A DNA stretch of 64,000 nt. Origin: Patescibacteria group bacterium (GTDB lineage Bacteria; Patescibacteriota; Minisyncoccia; Phycocordibacterales; Phycocordibacteraceae). The DNA lies in the NCBI GenBank assembly GCA_018826905.1, contig JAHJYC010000004.1:141717-205716 (forward strand), given 5' to 3'. Positions 29,049 through 39,949 of the stretch are shown here, one piece after another. Within the stretch, counting starts at the first letter, position 1. Each line of letters starts with the position of its first letter. The translations under genes and the position numbers were made by a program. The notes under the pieces were generated by a model that worked only from the letters and a program-made list of their open reading frames with translations, did not search any database and was not told where the DNA came from.

Positions 29049-30062
29049 CTATTTAAGATACCTTTGTACATTTGCGAGGTGTCCCGCATAAGAAACAGCA
29101 CAATGGATCTCTCCATTTCTGTCATGCAAATAATAGATACAGGTCGTCTTTTGAGGATTAAGAGCAGCTTCTATAGACTCAAGAGAAGGGTTCGCTATTG
29201 GGTGCGGAGGAAGACCTGCATACTTATAGGTATTAAACGGAGATTCCAGTTTCTTGTCTTCAGGCGTTGGCACTGGCCACCAATTTCCCTCTTCTCCGCG
29301 GATGTACTGCAGCGTTGCGTCAACTTGAAGACGCATACCGTCATTGATACGGTTCCATAAAATTCCTGAAACCAGATGCTTATCATCCTTTGCGGCCTCT
29401 CGTTCAATCAATGACGCCATAATCAGCACCTCTGTCCACGAAACATTCTTTTGAGCTGCTTGTGGTGCGTATTTTGCAAAGACTTCTTCAAACCTCCCAC
29501 GAAGTCTTGCGGCAACTTTCGCTGGTGCTTGGTCTGATGGAATCAAATAGGTATCGCCATAGTAGACACCTTCAATTTGCGAGAGAGAGGGAGCGGTATC
29601 AACAGTTATCCATTGCTCCTTCTGCTCCTCAGTCCAGCGCAACTTCTTTGCAAGCAGTGTGGCAATTTGTTCTTTTCTCCAGCCAGGTGGGAATGTTATC
29701 CATGAAAGATACGGAGGTTCTGTGAGCGCTTCAGCAATCGTCCACGCATCCATACTTGGACTAATACGATACCCTCCTTCAGAAATGCCTTTTAAATTTC
29801 CTGTGCGTGCGTATGCAATTCTGAACGCAGTGATGCTACGAATGTACCCCTCAGTTTTAAGATCGCTCGCAATCTCTTCAAACGTCTCGTCCGGCGTAAC
29901 AATGAGCTCCTGCATTGGTGCAGATTTATCTACAGGACCGAAATATCGTGCGTATACAAGAAAGAATGCGAACAAGAAAACAATCGCTCCAATACCTATA
30001 TATATGGTGAGTTTTCGTGAGGGACGATTCCTCTGAACAGTCTCAAGGAAAGGAACGTGCAT
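29049..30062 (-). CDS. mltG: Endolytic murein transglycosylase MltG (YceG family).
   Basis: An N-terminal TM helix plus the YceG domain (GEEGNWWPVP...YNTYKYAGLPPHPIANPSLESIEAAL). Confidence 0.8.
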   Translation of the reverse strand: MHVPFLETVQRNRPSRKLTIYIGIGAIVFLFAFFLVYARYFGPVDKSAPMQELIVTPDETFEEIASDLKTEGYIRSITAFRIAYARTGNLKGISEGGYRISPSMDAWTIAEALTEPPYLSWITFPPGWRKEQIATLLAKKLRWTEEQKEQWITVDTAPSLSQIEGVYYGDTYLIPSDQAPAKVAARLRGRFEEVFAKYAPQAAQKNVSWTEVLIMASLIEREAAKDDKHLVSGILWNRINDGMRLQVDATLQYIRGEEGNWWPVPTPEDKKLESPFNTYKYAGLPPHPIANPSLESIEAALNPQKTTCIYYLHDRNGEIHCAVSYAGHLANVQRYLK

Positions 30063-30086
30063 GGATAGGTATTGTACCGTACTCGC

Positions 30087-31760
30087 CTACGCTTGCTTGT
30101 GGAATAGCGCTCTTGCAAGAGTTAGGTCGTCATACGAAAACTTATTCTTAAGAAAGGTGCGGACTGGAGCAAGTTTGTCTGAGCCTTTCTTTGAGAACGC
30201 TTCATAAATAGCGGGGAGTGCGTCTTGCAGACGTTCAGGGATAAGTTCTAGGAGAGTATCCTCAGTGATGCGGTTTGTCTCTAAGAGCTTTGCCGCATGA
30301 TCAGAAATAGTCCCAAGTGTAAGAGAGCGCTCTAGTGCAATCTCTGTAAGAGGCATGCCGTCTATAAGGAGAGCGAGAGTTTCGTCATGTGTACTGCGCT
30401 TTGGTGTCTTTTTGCGTTCTGTTATCGCTGTTGCTTTTAAGGACCCTCCAGACGCCTTAATAAAGTTCTGTTCCATAAGCTCTCTATCTCCCGCTGCATC
30501 AAGTCCCGCAAACCTTGCACCAGCTGCCTCAGATGCTTCTTGGAAAGAGCGGTCTCTCTCTGCAACGCGTGGATGTACTGAGAGCGCGTGTTCGCTCCAT
30601 CCCAACAAGAAAACTCCATCAAGTCTTCGGACACGAGAGAGCGCAACGTATCCTTGCCCATGTTCAAACGCGCGTGAAAGATCAATTGCTGCTGCATCCA
30701 TACTCATACCCTGACTTTTATGCACTGTTATAGCCCACGCAAGTCTAAGGGGAATCTGTGAAATCTTTGCTTTTATCTTTCCTCCCTCTTCAACTGCCCA
30801 TTCAGCAGGGGCGATCGTTATCTCTCGCTCGTCGTGCGTTTCAATGATCGGATAGCCAGTCCCCACCTCAAAATCAATAACCGTACCAAGGGTGCCGTTT
30901 GAATATCCTGCAGCAGGATTATTCTTTGTGGCCATAACAATGGCTCCCTCCTTAAGGAGGAGTTGTTCCGGAGACAAGCACCCACGCACTAAGGCTTGTG
31001 CAAGCGTTTGTGAGCCAGAACTTTCCATAGCAAATTCATGCATCTTTCCTGGTAATGCATTCAGGCGATCTCTGTTAATACGATCTACATCCGCATTGTG
31101 TGTGAACAGCTGAGGAGTGTTTTCGTCATAACTGTCATACTCGCACTCTCTCGCCATGATGCTAGAGACATGTGTATGATCCCATTCTCCTTCGCGAATA
31201 GCTGTAAGAATGTCTAAGAATCCAGGGTCGTCTTGCCGATGCTGTTCAGTTAAGTAACAGATCAAAGGATTGAGTGATCGCCACGACGCTGATTCAAAAG
31301 CGAACTCAGTTTCTCCTCTTGAGATCGGAGGGAGCTGGAAGAAATCTCCTACCAGCACAACCTGCAATCCTCCGAATGCACGCTCTGGTTCTTGCCGTAC
31401 CGCACGTGTAACTTCATCAACCATTGAGAGCACACTGCCTGAGAGCATTGAAATTTCGTCTATGATAAGCACTTTTGCTTTCTGTATGCGTTTTGCGACG
31501 TGTTCCTTGTTCACAATTGCATCAAGGATCTGTGGAGTTAAGTGATCATTAATACCAATACCGCTCCACGCATGAAGTGTCATCCCGCCAACATGGGTGG
31601 CTGCGATTCCTGTAGAGGCTGTTATAGAGGGTTCAATGCCATGCGAACGTAGCCAATTTACATACGCATTAACCGTATGCGTCTTTCCGCTTCCCGGGCT
31701 TCCCGTAAGAAACACATGAGCGCCAGTTTGTAGTATGGAAAGTGCTTCTTGTTGTGTCAT
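30087..31760 (-). CDS. PIF1/RecD-like superfamily-1 DNA helicase.
   Basis: Walker A (GSPGSGKTH), Walker B (IIDEISML), the PIF1-family motif VLVGDFFQLPPI, and a C-terminal SH3/2B-like domain. Confidence 0.7.
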   Translation of the reverse strand: MTQQEALSILQTGAHVFLTGSPGSGKTHTVNAYVNWLRSHGIEPSITASTGIAATHVGGMTLHAWSGIGINDHLTPQILDAIVNKEHVAKRIQKAKVLIIDEISMLSGSVLSMVDEVTRAVRQEPERAFGGLQVVLVGDFFQLPPISRGETEFAFESASWRSLNPLICYLTEQHRQDDPGFLDILTAIREGEWDHTHVSSIMARECEYDSYDENTPQLFTHNADVDRINRDRLNALPGKMHEFAMESSGSQTLAQALVRGCLSPEQLLLKEGAIVMATKNNPAAGYSNGTLGTVIDFEVGTGYPIIETHDEREITIAPAEWAVEEGGKIKAKISQIPLRLAWAITVHKSQGMSMDAAAIDLSRAFEHGQGYVALSRVRRLDGVFLLGWSEHALSVHPRVAERDRSFQEASEAAGARFAGLDAAGDRELMEQNFIKASGGSLKATAITERKKTPKRSTHDETLALLIDGMPLTEIALERSLTLGTISDHAAKLLETNRITEDTLLELIPERLQDALPAIYEAFSKKGSDKLAPVRTFLKNKFSYDDLTLARALFHKQA

Positions 31761-31763
31761 GCG

Positions 31764-32582
31764 TTATCGCTTTTCAATACTGAATGTAAATCTATAGTCA
31801 GCATCTGTAAGTGAGTCTGTTGAAACTTTAGCTGGAGACACATCAGTGAGGGTCACTGAAAATACTTCTGTTGTTATGGTAGTGCCGAGTGTGAACTCCG
31901 CAGTACTCTCACCCAACCCGTCGGTCAGCTTTACCTGAACCAGGACCGTTCCTGCTTGGATACACTGTACGTCCGTTGGACACCTACTGTCTTCAATCAC
32001 CTCAAGTGGTTGTACTGTGACACTCCATGCCTCAACGACTTCATTGAGTCGTGCAATTACTGATACTCCAGAAAGCTCAACTTGTTCTCCAGTAGTACTT
32101 TCTACATACCTCGTAATAAGTAATTTCCCTTTAATAGTCTCAACAGTAATGGACACAGGAACTCTTCCTGCATCGCCAGTACTTGTTACTAATACAATTT
32201 CTCCAGCTACTTCATAAATACCTGTGTCCAATTTCGTCACAGAAATAATATCTATGTAGTCTGGAGATGGGCTTGAGGCGAGTCTTCCAGGAGCTTCAAG
32301 CGGTGCTGCTACCCATGCATCAATAAGGAGCGGTGCCACATAGGGCGCATATACCTCTCTAATAGTCTCTGTTGCATTGGGTGCTTGCAACGAAACGGCA
32401 TCCATCTGATTGCTGAATGACTGTACGAGTGCACGCACATCTCCCTCGTGCTCGTTATCCAAAACCCCATCTGGGTGCGTTCCTATATACGAATAGGCAA
32501 GCGCTCCCATCACCAGGAGTGCCCCAAGAATCCAGAGGTACATAAATGCGTGGTGTTGAGTAGCGTGCTTGTGTAGAGGCAT
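31764..32582 (-). CDS. Hypothetical membrane-anchored protein.
   Basis: 272 aa with an N-terminal TM helix, a beta-rich C-terminal region, and no recognisable catalytic motifs. Confidence 0.4.
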   Translation of the reverse strand: MPLHKHATQHHAFMYLWILGALLVMGALAYSYIGTHPDGVLDNEHEGDVRALVQSFSNQMDAVSLQAPNATETIREVYAPYVAPLLIDAWVAAPLEAPGRLASSPSPDYIDIISVTKLDTGIYEVAGEIVLVTSTGDAGRVPVSITVETIKGKLLITRYVESTTGEQVELSGVSVIARLNEVVEAWSVTVQPLEVIEDSRCPTDVQCIQAGTVLVQVKLTDGLGESTAEFTLGTTITTEVFSVTLTDVSPAKVSTDSLTDADYRFTFSIEKR

Positions 32583-32657
32583 ATCAATTAGAATACCATT
32601 CTTATTCTAGAAGAAACTGTAGTAATAATTGACATCGGACTATATATGGTATAATTT

Positions 32658-34202
32658 ATGGCTATGTCTATTTTTGCACGCATACGGCCCCATTTAAAAA
32701 GTATTTCCACACGAAGCAAAGCGCTCTGGAAGCGCTATCGTTCCCTTCCCCGCTGGCAGCAAGCAGGTATCGCTGTACTTCTTATCGCGCTCCTCATAGG
32801 AGGTGTGGCCTTTGCGCGATCTGGTGGTTCTGTCGCTGAGCCAACTCCAGGAAGAACAGTAACCCTTCAATCGGTGCGCGAACTCTCCGGGGGCGGAAGC
32901 TCAGTGAATCTTATAGGGACCGTTCGTTCTGTAACTGAAGCAGCAATTCTTGCTCAAACAGGAGGGACCGTACGGAGTGTGCGCACCAGTCTCGGGAAAA
33001 GTGTTCCCGCAGGATTCATACTAGCCGAGCTTGAGAATGCTTCTGAGCGTGCTGTTGTTCTTCAAGCAGAGGGTGCCTACGAGGCAGCCGTTGCGGCTCG
33101 CAGTGCACAGTCTCTCCCTGACACGGAAATAACAGCGCGCAATGTGTACCGCAGTGCATATAGCACCCTAGACACTGCACTTCAGCTTCAGGTTGATACT
33201 TTGTATGGAGGACCTACTGCAGTTGGACCTGACCTCCTTTTGTACCCTAACCGAGATACTGCTGTGCGCCTTTCGCGTGAACGCGCACGCATTCAGGACC
33301 TTATGGAGTCTTGGGAAGCTTCACTTGCTTCTGTGGACACCCGTCAACCACAAGCACTTCTAACTGAAGCAGAGACAAACACTCGTTCCATTGAATCATT
33401 CTTGAACGAACTTGCTGCAGCAGCAAACCAACACAACTCACGCGCAACAAGTGAGCAACTTTCTGCACTTGCAACAGCACGCTCTAATGTTGCGGGAGTT
33501 CTTTCTACAATTGTCAGCGCCAAGGGCAGCTATCGCTCTGGGAGCACAAGCGCAACTGCTAGTGCTGATGCATCAGTAAAGCAAGCATTGGGTAGTTTGC
33601 GTGCTGCACAAGCAAACCTTGAGCGCACTGTTGTTCGCGCTCCTATTGGAGGGCAGGTAAACTTCCTTCCAATTCGCGTGGGAGACTACGTGACTGCATT
33701 TACCCATGTAGCAACCATTGCACAAAATGGTGCGCTTGAAATCGTTGTCTACGTTTCAGAGAACGATCGAGATCTTCTTGCAGCCGGAAGTTCTGTTGTC
33801 GTTGAAACTGACTATGGGGGGGTAATCACCTCAGTGTCTCCTGCACTTGATCCAGTGACAAAACAGATTGAGGTGCGTGTTGCGGTAACTGGGGCGAGTG
33901 ATCTCGTAAATGGTCAATCTGTACGCGTCTCGTTCCCAGATCTCGCTGCTGAGACAAATGAACTCGCGCAAATAGAGGGTCCTATTCTTCTTCCTCTTTC
34001 TTCAGTTAAGCTCCGTGCAGGAGATCGCATCGTCTACACCCTAGACGAGGACAATCGTCTTGTTGCTAATGCAGTAACAGTCGGTGAGGTGCGTGGCGAT
34101 CGTATTGAGATAGTGAGCCCGCTCTCTCCAGAACTTCGCATAGTTCGGGACGCTCGCGGACTCTCTGAGGGAGAGCAAGTTGGAGTAGTTTCAACTAATT
34201 AA
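32658..34202 (+). CDS. Efflux transporter periplasmic adaptor subunit (HlyD/RND membrane fusion protein family).
   Basis: An N-terminal TM helix, a long coiled-coil hairpin region, and a C-terminal beta-barrel signature (VVRAPIGGQVNFLPIRVGDYV). Confidence 0.55.
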   Translation: MAMSIFARIRPHLKSISTRSKALWKRYRSLPRWQQAGIAVLLIALLIGGVAFARSGGSVAEPTPGRTVTLQSVRELSGGGSSVNLIGTVRSVTEAAILAQTGGTVRSVRTSLGKSVPAGFILAELENASERAVVLQAEGAYEAAVAARSAQSLPDTEITARNVYRSAYSTLDTALQLQVDTLYGGPTAVGPDLLLYPNRDTAVRLSRERARIQDLMESWEASLASVDTRQPQALLTEAETNTRSIESFLNELAAAANQHNSRATSEQLSALATARSNVAGVLSTIVSAKGSYRSGSTSATASADASVKQALGSLRAAQANLERTVVRAPIGGQVNFLPIRVGDYVTAFTHVATIAQNGALEIVVYVSENDRDLLAAGSSVVVETDYGGVITSVSPALDPVTKQIEVRVAVTGASDLVNGQSVRVSFPDLAAETNELAQIEGPILLPLSSVKLRAGDRIVYTLDEDNRLVANAVTVGEVRGDRIEIVSPLSPELRIVRDARGLSEGEQVGVVSTN

Positions 34203-34207
34203 ACTCT

Positions 34208-37200
34208 ATGACTTCCTTTTGGACATTCTTCATACAGAAGAATCACTTTACAGCACTTCTCGCAGGGGTACTTATCCTTGCGGGTATTGTTGCTGTTACA
34301 AGTATTCCTAAGGAATCATCTCCTGAAGTTCAGATTCCTGTTGGAATTATCACCACCGTTCTTCCTGGAGCTTCTGCTGAGGATGTTGAACGACTTATTA
34401 CAGACAAGCTTGAGGATAAGGTGCTTGGTGTTGAGCGCGTTTCAAAAGTAACCTCCACATCCGGATCTGGTGTCTCTTCAATAACGGTTGAGTTTGACGC
34501 AAATGCTGACATTGATAAGTCTATTCAACTTCTTAAGGATGAAGTGGATAAGGCAGTCCCTGAACTTCCTGCTGAGGCTGAGGATCCACGCGTTACAGAT
34601 GTTAACTTTGCTGACCAGCCAATTCTCATCATTTCCATTGCAGGAGACCTTGCTCCAGCAGAACTTACCCAACTAGGTGAAGAAGTCCAAGAAACAATTG
34701 AGCGAGTTCCCGGTGTTTCTTCTGTTGCTCTATCTGGTGTGCGCGAGCGCGAAGTGCAAGTAATTGTTGAGCAAGCAAAACTTCGTCAGTATGGGCTTTC
34801 TGTCTCAGATGTAACCAATGCTATTCGTGCATCAGGTGTAGCATCTCCTGCTGGGAGTATCACCATTAGCAACATTCAGTACGACATCCGTCTTGAGGCT
34901 GGCCTCACAAAGACTGAGGAAGTTGGCGACATTGCCCTAAAAGGACCAGGTGGTGCAGTGCTCCGCGTTCGCGACGTCGCACGGGTCGTTGATGGCCTCT
35001 CTGACGCAACCACGTTTTCTCGCGTATCTGTTGATGGCAGTCCTTCAGCGCCAGCACTCACACTTTCAGTATTTAAGAGTCGCGGAGGAAATATTCTTGC
35101 AACCGGGAGTGATGTAAAGAAAACTCTTGAAGAACTTTCCGAGGGACCTCTCTCAGGGACAGAGACGGTTATTTCGTATGACGCCGCAGATGATATTGCT
35201 CATGACCTGACCGAACTCACCCGTGTAGGACTTGAAACAGTAGTACTGGTTATGATCATGCTCTTCCTTACCCTAGGGTGGCGTGAATCTTTAGTAGCGG
35301 CTGCGTCAATACCTCTCTCCTTTCTCATTGCCTTTATTGGTCTTGCCGCAAGCGGAAACACCATTAACTTTATTTCCCTCTTCTCACTCATTCTTGCAAT
35401 CGGTATCTTGGTGGATTCGGGAATTGTAGTAGTTGAGGCGATACACACCCGTCTTGCAAAGACTGGCGACAAGAAAGCAGCGGCCATCGCAGCAATTAAA
35501 GAATATGCGTGGCCACTCGTTGCAGGAACATTTACTACTGTTGCTGTATTTATTCCCCTCTTCTTCCTTTCGGGTATCGTTGGGAAATTCATTGCGTCCA
35601 TTCCATTCACCGTTATCTTTGTGCTCCTTGCTTCAATCTTTGTTGCGCTTGGACTTGTTCCGCTTCTTGCAGTGTATGCACTTCGTCCTTCAACAGGGAA
35701 ACTTGCAGAGCGACAGGAGAAATACAATGAGCTCGCTCAAGCGTGGTACGAGCGCTTCCTTCGTGGCATCCTTGGGAACCGTAAGAGAGAGAACCAGTTT
35801 ATCTGGCTTATGGGAGGTCTATTCATACTCGCGCTCGCGCTTCCTGCAGTTGGTGCAGTTAAAGTGGCCTTCTTCCCAGGAGAGGACTCTGGTTTTGTGT
35901 ATGTGGAAATTGAAAAACCCCAAGGCACAGACCTTTCTGATACCGATCTTTCTGTGCGGGAGGTTGAAGAGCTTCTCTACACTGACTCACGCATAGAATC
36001 ATTTGTGTCTGAAGTAGGCGCTGGAAGCGCGTTTGGAGGAAGTGGCATTTCTGGAAGCAAAGCAGCAAACATAACTGTTAACTTTAAGGATTCCAACAAA
36101 CAGACAAGTTCAGAAATTGTAGAGGAGCTTAGACGTGATCTCACTTCAGTAACTTCAGCAAAGATAACCGTCTCAGAGCCTGCAGGAGGTCCTCCAACAA
36201 GTGCGCCGGTACAAGTAACTTTTGTAGGAGAAGATCTTGCTTCTCTTGAAGAAGCGCTTCGTATGGGCGAACGGGTGCTGTCCGAGATTCCTGACGTTAC
36301 AAACATCTCAACCTCAATGAAAGATGACGGCGCTGAGTTTGTAGTGCGGCTTGATACAGCAAAAGCAGTACAGCTAGGTGTCTCGCCACTCACTGTTGCA
36401 GATACCCTCCGCACAGCATTGTATGGAGCTAAAGCAACAGATATACGAACAGGGACTGATGATATTGAGGTGCGCATGAAGGTTGATCTTAATCAGTCAT
36501 ACAAAGACCCTTCAGAGACGACGCACACGACTATTGAATCAGTACAGGCGCTCTCAATTCCTGGAAGCCAGGGTCCTGTTCCGCTTGCAACCATCGCAAC
36601 AATTAGCTACGAACCTGCAAATGCTGTTATCAGACACGAGGACGGATCTCGCACCGGAACACTTACGAGCGATGTGACTAAAAACGGAAATGCACTTGCT
36701 GCAGTGAGTGAATTCCAGAAGCGTATTAAGAATGCTGAACTCCCAGAAGGAGTTACGATGAAAATTGGTGGAGAAAGTGAAGACGTAAATCAATCATTTG
36801 CGGAGATGGGACTGGCACTTCTTGCAGGAGCTGCTCTTATGCTTGCAATTCTTGTTCTTGAATTTAATTCCTTCAGACACTCTCTTTATTTGCTCGCTAT
36901 TATCCCTCTCTCTTTGATTGGGGTGTTGGCAGGTCTTATGATTACTGGTTCTCCACTCTCCTTCCCATCCATGCTGGGAGTTATTGCGCTTGCTGGGGTG
37001 ATTATAAATCACGGCATTATCCTCATGGATTCTATGGCACGTATTGGAAAGTCCTCAACCGATGCATCCCTTACTGATGTAGTTGTTGAAGCATCTGTCT
37101 CTCGCTTCCGTCCAATTCTTCTCACCACCATAACTACAGTGGTCGGTATGATTCCTCTCTCATTTGCATCAGCACTATGGGGGCCACTCGCCTTCTCAAT

Positions 37201-37309
37201 TATGTTTGGACTTGCGTTCTCTATGGTGCTCACACTTATCCTCATTCCTGTCTTGTACCATCGCTGGCCAGGGAAAGAGATACGAGAACAGTTTAAGAAC
37301 GAGATATAA
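34208..37309 (+). CDS. RND efflux transporter permease (AcrB/AcrD/AcrF family).
   Basis: 1033 aa with 12 TM helices in a 1+5 / 1+5 arrangement and two large periplasmic loops, characteristic of AcrB. It lies 5 nt downstream of the adaptor gene. Confidence 0.85.
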   Translation: MTSFWTFFIQKNHFTALLAGVLILAGIVAVTSIPKESSPEVQIPVGIITTVLPGASAEDVERLITDKLEDKVLGVERVSKVTSTSGSGVSSITVEFDANADIDKSIQLLKDEVDKAVPELPAEAEDPRVTDVNFADQPILIISIAGDLAPAELTQLGEEVQETIERVPGVSSVALSGVREREVQVIVEQAKLRQYGLSVSDVTNAIRASGVASPAGSITISNIQYDIRLEAGLTKTEEVGDIALKGPGGAVLRVRDVARVVDGLSDATTFSRVSVDGSPSAPALTLSVFKSRGGNILATGSDVKKTLEELSEGPLSGTETVISYDAADDIAHDLTELTRVGLETVVLVMIMLFLTLGWRESLVAAASIPLSFLIAFIGLAASGNTINFISLFSLILAIGILVDSGIVVVEAIHTRLAKTGDKKAAAIAAIKEYAWPLVAGTFTTVAVFIPLFFLSGIVGKFIASIPFTVIFVLLASIFVALGLVPLLAVYALRPSTGKLAERQEKYNELAQAWYERFLRGILGNRKRENQFIWLMGGLFILALALPAVGAVKVAFFPGEDSGFVYVEIEKPQGTDLSDTDLSVREVEELLYTDSRIESFVSEVGAGSAFGGSGISGSKAANITVNFKDSNKQTSSEIVEELRRDLTSVTSAKITVSEPAGGPPTSAPVQVTFVGEDLASLEEALRMGERVLSEIPDVTNISTSMKDDGAEFVVRLDTAKAVQLGVSPLTVADTLRTALYGAKATDIRTGTDDIEVRMKVDLNQSYKDPSETTHTTIESVQALSIPGSQGPVPLATIATISYEPANAVIRHEDGSRTGTLTSDVTKNGNALAAVSEFQKRIKNAELPEGVTMKIGGESEDVNQSFAEMGLALLAGAALMLAILVLEFNSFRHSLYLLAIIPLSLIGVLAGLMITGSPLSFPSMLGVIALAGVIINHGIILMDSMARIGKSSTDASLTDVVVEASVSRFRPILLTTITTVVGMIPLSFASALWGPLAFSIMFGLAFSMVLTLILIPVLYHRWPGKEIREQFKNEI

Positions 37310-37354
37310 CAAAAGACCCGCTATTGTGCGGGTCTTTTGTTATGTGTGCTGTTC

Positions 37355-38083
37355 TTAAGAAGAAGCCTGTGCTGAAGCGTTTGCGGAAAGCGCTACTTGA
37401 ACTTTTTCAAGGATGCGTGCCCATCGCTGACTTTCAAGCATTGCAGAGTTTTCACTCTCCGTTGCCATATCTGCTGAAGCTGTAGCACTTGCATCATTAT
37501 TTACTGATGCAATTTCTGACGCAATGCGTGCCTCAAGATCTGCTTGGCTCTCACCTGTGGCCATAAGGAAAGAGTACCAGGGGTACTTAACAGAGACAGC
37601 TCCATTATCATCAACATGAACGCGAACGCTCATCTGTGATGGGATGACTGCAAGGAAGCGAGCTTCACGCATATAGGTTATGTCCATTCCATTCTCGTTC
37701 ATTACCACTCCTTCAAACTGGGCATCGCTCTTCAGAGAGTTCTCTGCGTAAGCACGGAATGAATCATTTGAACTAACTTCTGATGCGCTTTGAACCATTA
37801 CATCTCCCGATGCAGATGCATCAAGAGAATCGCGCACGAGACTGAAGTTAAGTATTCCCTCGGCTTGCGCTGAGGTAGTGGAAGTATCTTCTGTTGAGGT
37901 ATCCTCATCTGAGGTGTTCGCGGTTGTTGACGTGTCTACAGAGCCTGATACGTCCGTGCTATCAGAATCAGCTCCCACGTTTACATCAAGGGATGTTCCA
38001 GTATTTAGTGTCTGTGCTTGAATCACGCCTCCGCTAAGGGCAACGCCAAACGCACACAAGAGGGCGAGAGTGCCGTATTTCAT
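37355..38083 (-). CDS. Secreted hypothetical protein that is Ser/Thr/Asp-rich.
   Basis: A signal peptide followed by a low-complexity acidic S/T/D-rich stretch, then a ~120-aa globular C-terminal region. Confidence 0.4.
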   Translation of the reverse strand: MKYGTLALLCAFGVALSGGVIQAQTLNTGTSLDVNVGADSDSTDVSGSVDTSTTANTSDEDTSTEDTSTTSAQAEGILNFSLVRDSLDASASGDVMVQSASEVSSNDSFRAYAENSLKSDAQFEGVVMNENGMDITYMREARFLAVIPSQMSVRVHVDDNGAVSVKYPWYSFLMATGESQADLEARIASEIASVNNDASATASADMATESENSAMLESQRWARILEKVQVALSANASAQASS

Positions 38084-38172
38084 AATAGAATAGTGTTAAG
38101 GGTTAGATTAGAGCGGTACAGCCGCATACCCACCACACTCCCACGAGCGGGATTAAGGTTTCATGAACGACC

Positions 38173-38619
38173 TTATGGCACGAGCTTTAGGTCTAACGAA
38201 GCTTGAGTCTCTATTTCATTTCCATCTCTATCCAGGAGACGGAGTGTTGTTTCGTCAACAAGTAGATACCGCTGAGATATCTCTGGCTGATTTGGGTCAA
38301 GTACAATAATCGGCGTCTCCAAATTACCCAGCTCATACTCCCACTCACCCTGAGATACAACTGGCTCAACATCTCTTTCAAGGTACGTTAACGAAAGCTC
38401 ATATGTACCACCAGACGCTCCAGTTATTGCATTTGTGAGAGTGAGCCTTGTTTGGATTCCAGGACAATCTGCACACGGCAAAACTCCTTCATAGACTTGC
38501 TGCCCTCCTTCAACAGGAATTGGTTCAGATACCTGAGTGAGACGCTCTGGCGGGGGCACGAGTGCAAGTACAATCAGACCAAATAAAACGAGTAGCGCTG
38601 TAGGTAGATACTTTTTCAT
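38173..38619 (-). CDS. NlpE N-terminal domain-like (copper resistance/CpxP-pathway lipoprotein family) protein.
   Basis: A signal/TM sequence plus the LPCADCPGIQTRLTL...GTYELSLTY motif (CxDC with a lipocalin-like fold). Confidence 0.5.
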   Translation of the reverse strand: MKKYLPTALLVLFGLIVLALVPPPERLTQVSEPIPVEGGQQVYEGVLPCADCPGIQTRLTLTNAITGASGGTYELSLTYLERDVEPVVSQGEWEYELGNLETPIIVLDPNQPEISQRYLLVDETTLRLLDRDGNEIETQASLDLKLVP

Positions 38620-38813
38620 ATACGATTAATAGTACACCCAGCCTAAACGAGGGTTACCCTCTTTCTGTGCATTTCCCAAATGTGTTGACAAAAAATGCCA
38701 CTTGTTGCAAACTAAGAGTATCAATAGCAACGTTGCGTAGAAGAAGCAGTGAATTCGCTCTCCTCTGGTTGTGGTGCAGTTGATGTTACTTACGTGCGAA
38801 TAGAAAATAGAAC

Positions 38814-39014
38814 ATGCAGACAGGAACTATCGTTGGTCTTACCGACAAAGGATTTGGATTTATCAAGGGCGAAGGAATGGAGAAGGATCTCTTCTTCCAC
38901 TCAAATGAGCTCGTGAATGTTAACTTTGACGATCTTCGTCAGGGTGACCAGGTTACTTTTGAAATCGGCGAGAGCCCTCGCGGACCAAACGCAATCAAGG
39001 TGAGCAAGGTGTAA
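38814..39014 (+). CDS. cspA: Cold-shock protein (CspA family).
   Basis: 66 aa with the RNP1 motif KGFGFI and the RNP2-like FFHS motif. Confidence 0.9.
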   Translation: MQTGTIVGLTDKGFGFIKGEGMEKDLFFHSNELVNVNFDDLRQGDQVTFEIGESPRGPNAIKVSKV

Positions 39015-39029
39015 TAACCTACTCTTTCA

Positions 39030-39063
39030 AAAACAGGCGCTCTCTGAGCGCCTGTTTTTGTTT
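39030..39063. terminator. Intrinsic terminator CAGGCGCUC-ucu-GAGCGCCUG followed by UUUUUGUUU, after the csp gene.
   Basis: A 9-bp GC-rich stem with a flanking A tract and T tract, 16 nt after the csp stop. Confidence 0.65.
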
Positions 39064-39298
39064 ACCCAAAGAACCCCTTCTTCTTCACTCCCTGGTCTTG
39101 ATAGTTTACGAACAAACTCGGGCCAGGCTTTTTCTCCTTTGGTTTTGGTGCAGTTGTGCGAGTGTTCTCTTCTATTTTCTCAAGAAGCTGTATCACTTTG
39201 TTTATCTTCAAATACCACGCAAGGACCTCTCGCAGTATAAACAGTGCGAGCAGTCCAAGCAGTATGGGAAATATGATATTTACATCAAGAGTAGGCAT
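39062..39298 (-). CDS. Small hypothetical membrane protein (one TM helix plus a Lys/Pro-rich tail).
   Basis: 78-aa ORF whose end overlaps the csp terminator; weakly supported. Confidence 0.3.
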   Translation of the reverse strand: MPTLDVNIIFPILLGLLALFILREVLAWYLKINKVIQLLEKIEENTRTTAPKPKEKKPGPSLFVNYQDQGVKKKGFFG

Positions 39299-39323
39299 AA
39301 GCAGAATGCGCTACGAACTGCGA

Positions 39324-39902
39324 CTAATACTCAATAGTGATAGGAAACGAAATTGATGCGTCATTTTCAGGAAGACCTGATGGATTGTCTTTCTTAAGCA
39401 CAAGGGTGGCCGGACCTATGTAGCTTTCTGGAGCTTTGATGTTTGTACTGAAGGGGACGAACTCTGTTGTCATCCAATCTCCGTCAGCCTGTGCTATTGC
39501 AGTGGCGAGCACCTTTCCATCTTTATCAAGAAGCGTTATGGGGAATGAAGCTTCAAAGAACCAGTTTCCTCGTGCCTCTCCTTGTACACCAAACTCCTTC
39601 CCGGTAACCGCTCCAGGAAACGGGAGCGAAACAGAGATCATGTCTGGTGTTGCATTCATGTAGGTAATCATTTCAGGGATTTCTTCTGCATAGAGCCTCC
39701 CATCTGGAGTCCTACACTGCCGTGGATTACTTTCAGCGACTGGGTAGCCAGCTGCTACACAGTCCTCAAAAGAGAGCACTGTTGCAGGATCTATGTAATC
39801 ACCATCTGCTTGCTTCTCGTTGTATATATAGGTATTAAGCACAAAGAAAAGCCCAGCCAAGATCACAATCGCACCGAGGATATATAGGAATGGTTTCATC
39901 AT
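39324..39902 (-). CDS. Gmad2-like (Ig-like, GerMN-associated) domain protein, membrane anchored; paralogous in its N-terminus to 44673..45587.
   Basis: Shared N-terminal block with the paralogue: ...AGLFFVLNTYIYNEKQ versus ...AGFFALNSYIYNEKQ. Cys pair FEDCVAAGYPV...RQCRTPDG. Confidence 0.45.
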   Translation of the reverse strand: MMKPFLYILGAIVILAGLFFVLNTYIYNEKQADGDYIDPATVLSFEDCVAAGYPVAESNPRQCRTPDGRLYAEEIPEMITYMNATPDMISVSLPFPGAVTGKEFGVQGEARGNWFFEASFPITLLDKDGKVLATAIAQADGDWMTTEFVPFSTNIKAPESYIGPATLVLKKDNPSGLPENDASISFPITIEY

Positions 39903-39949
39903 GAGACTGAGTATAGCAAATCAAATCTAAAGGCTTCATGAAATGCCCT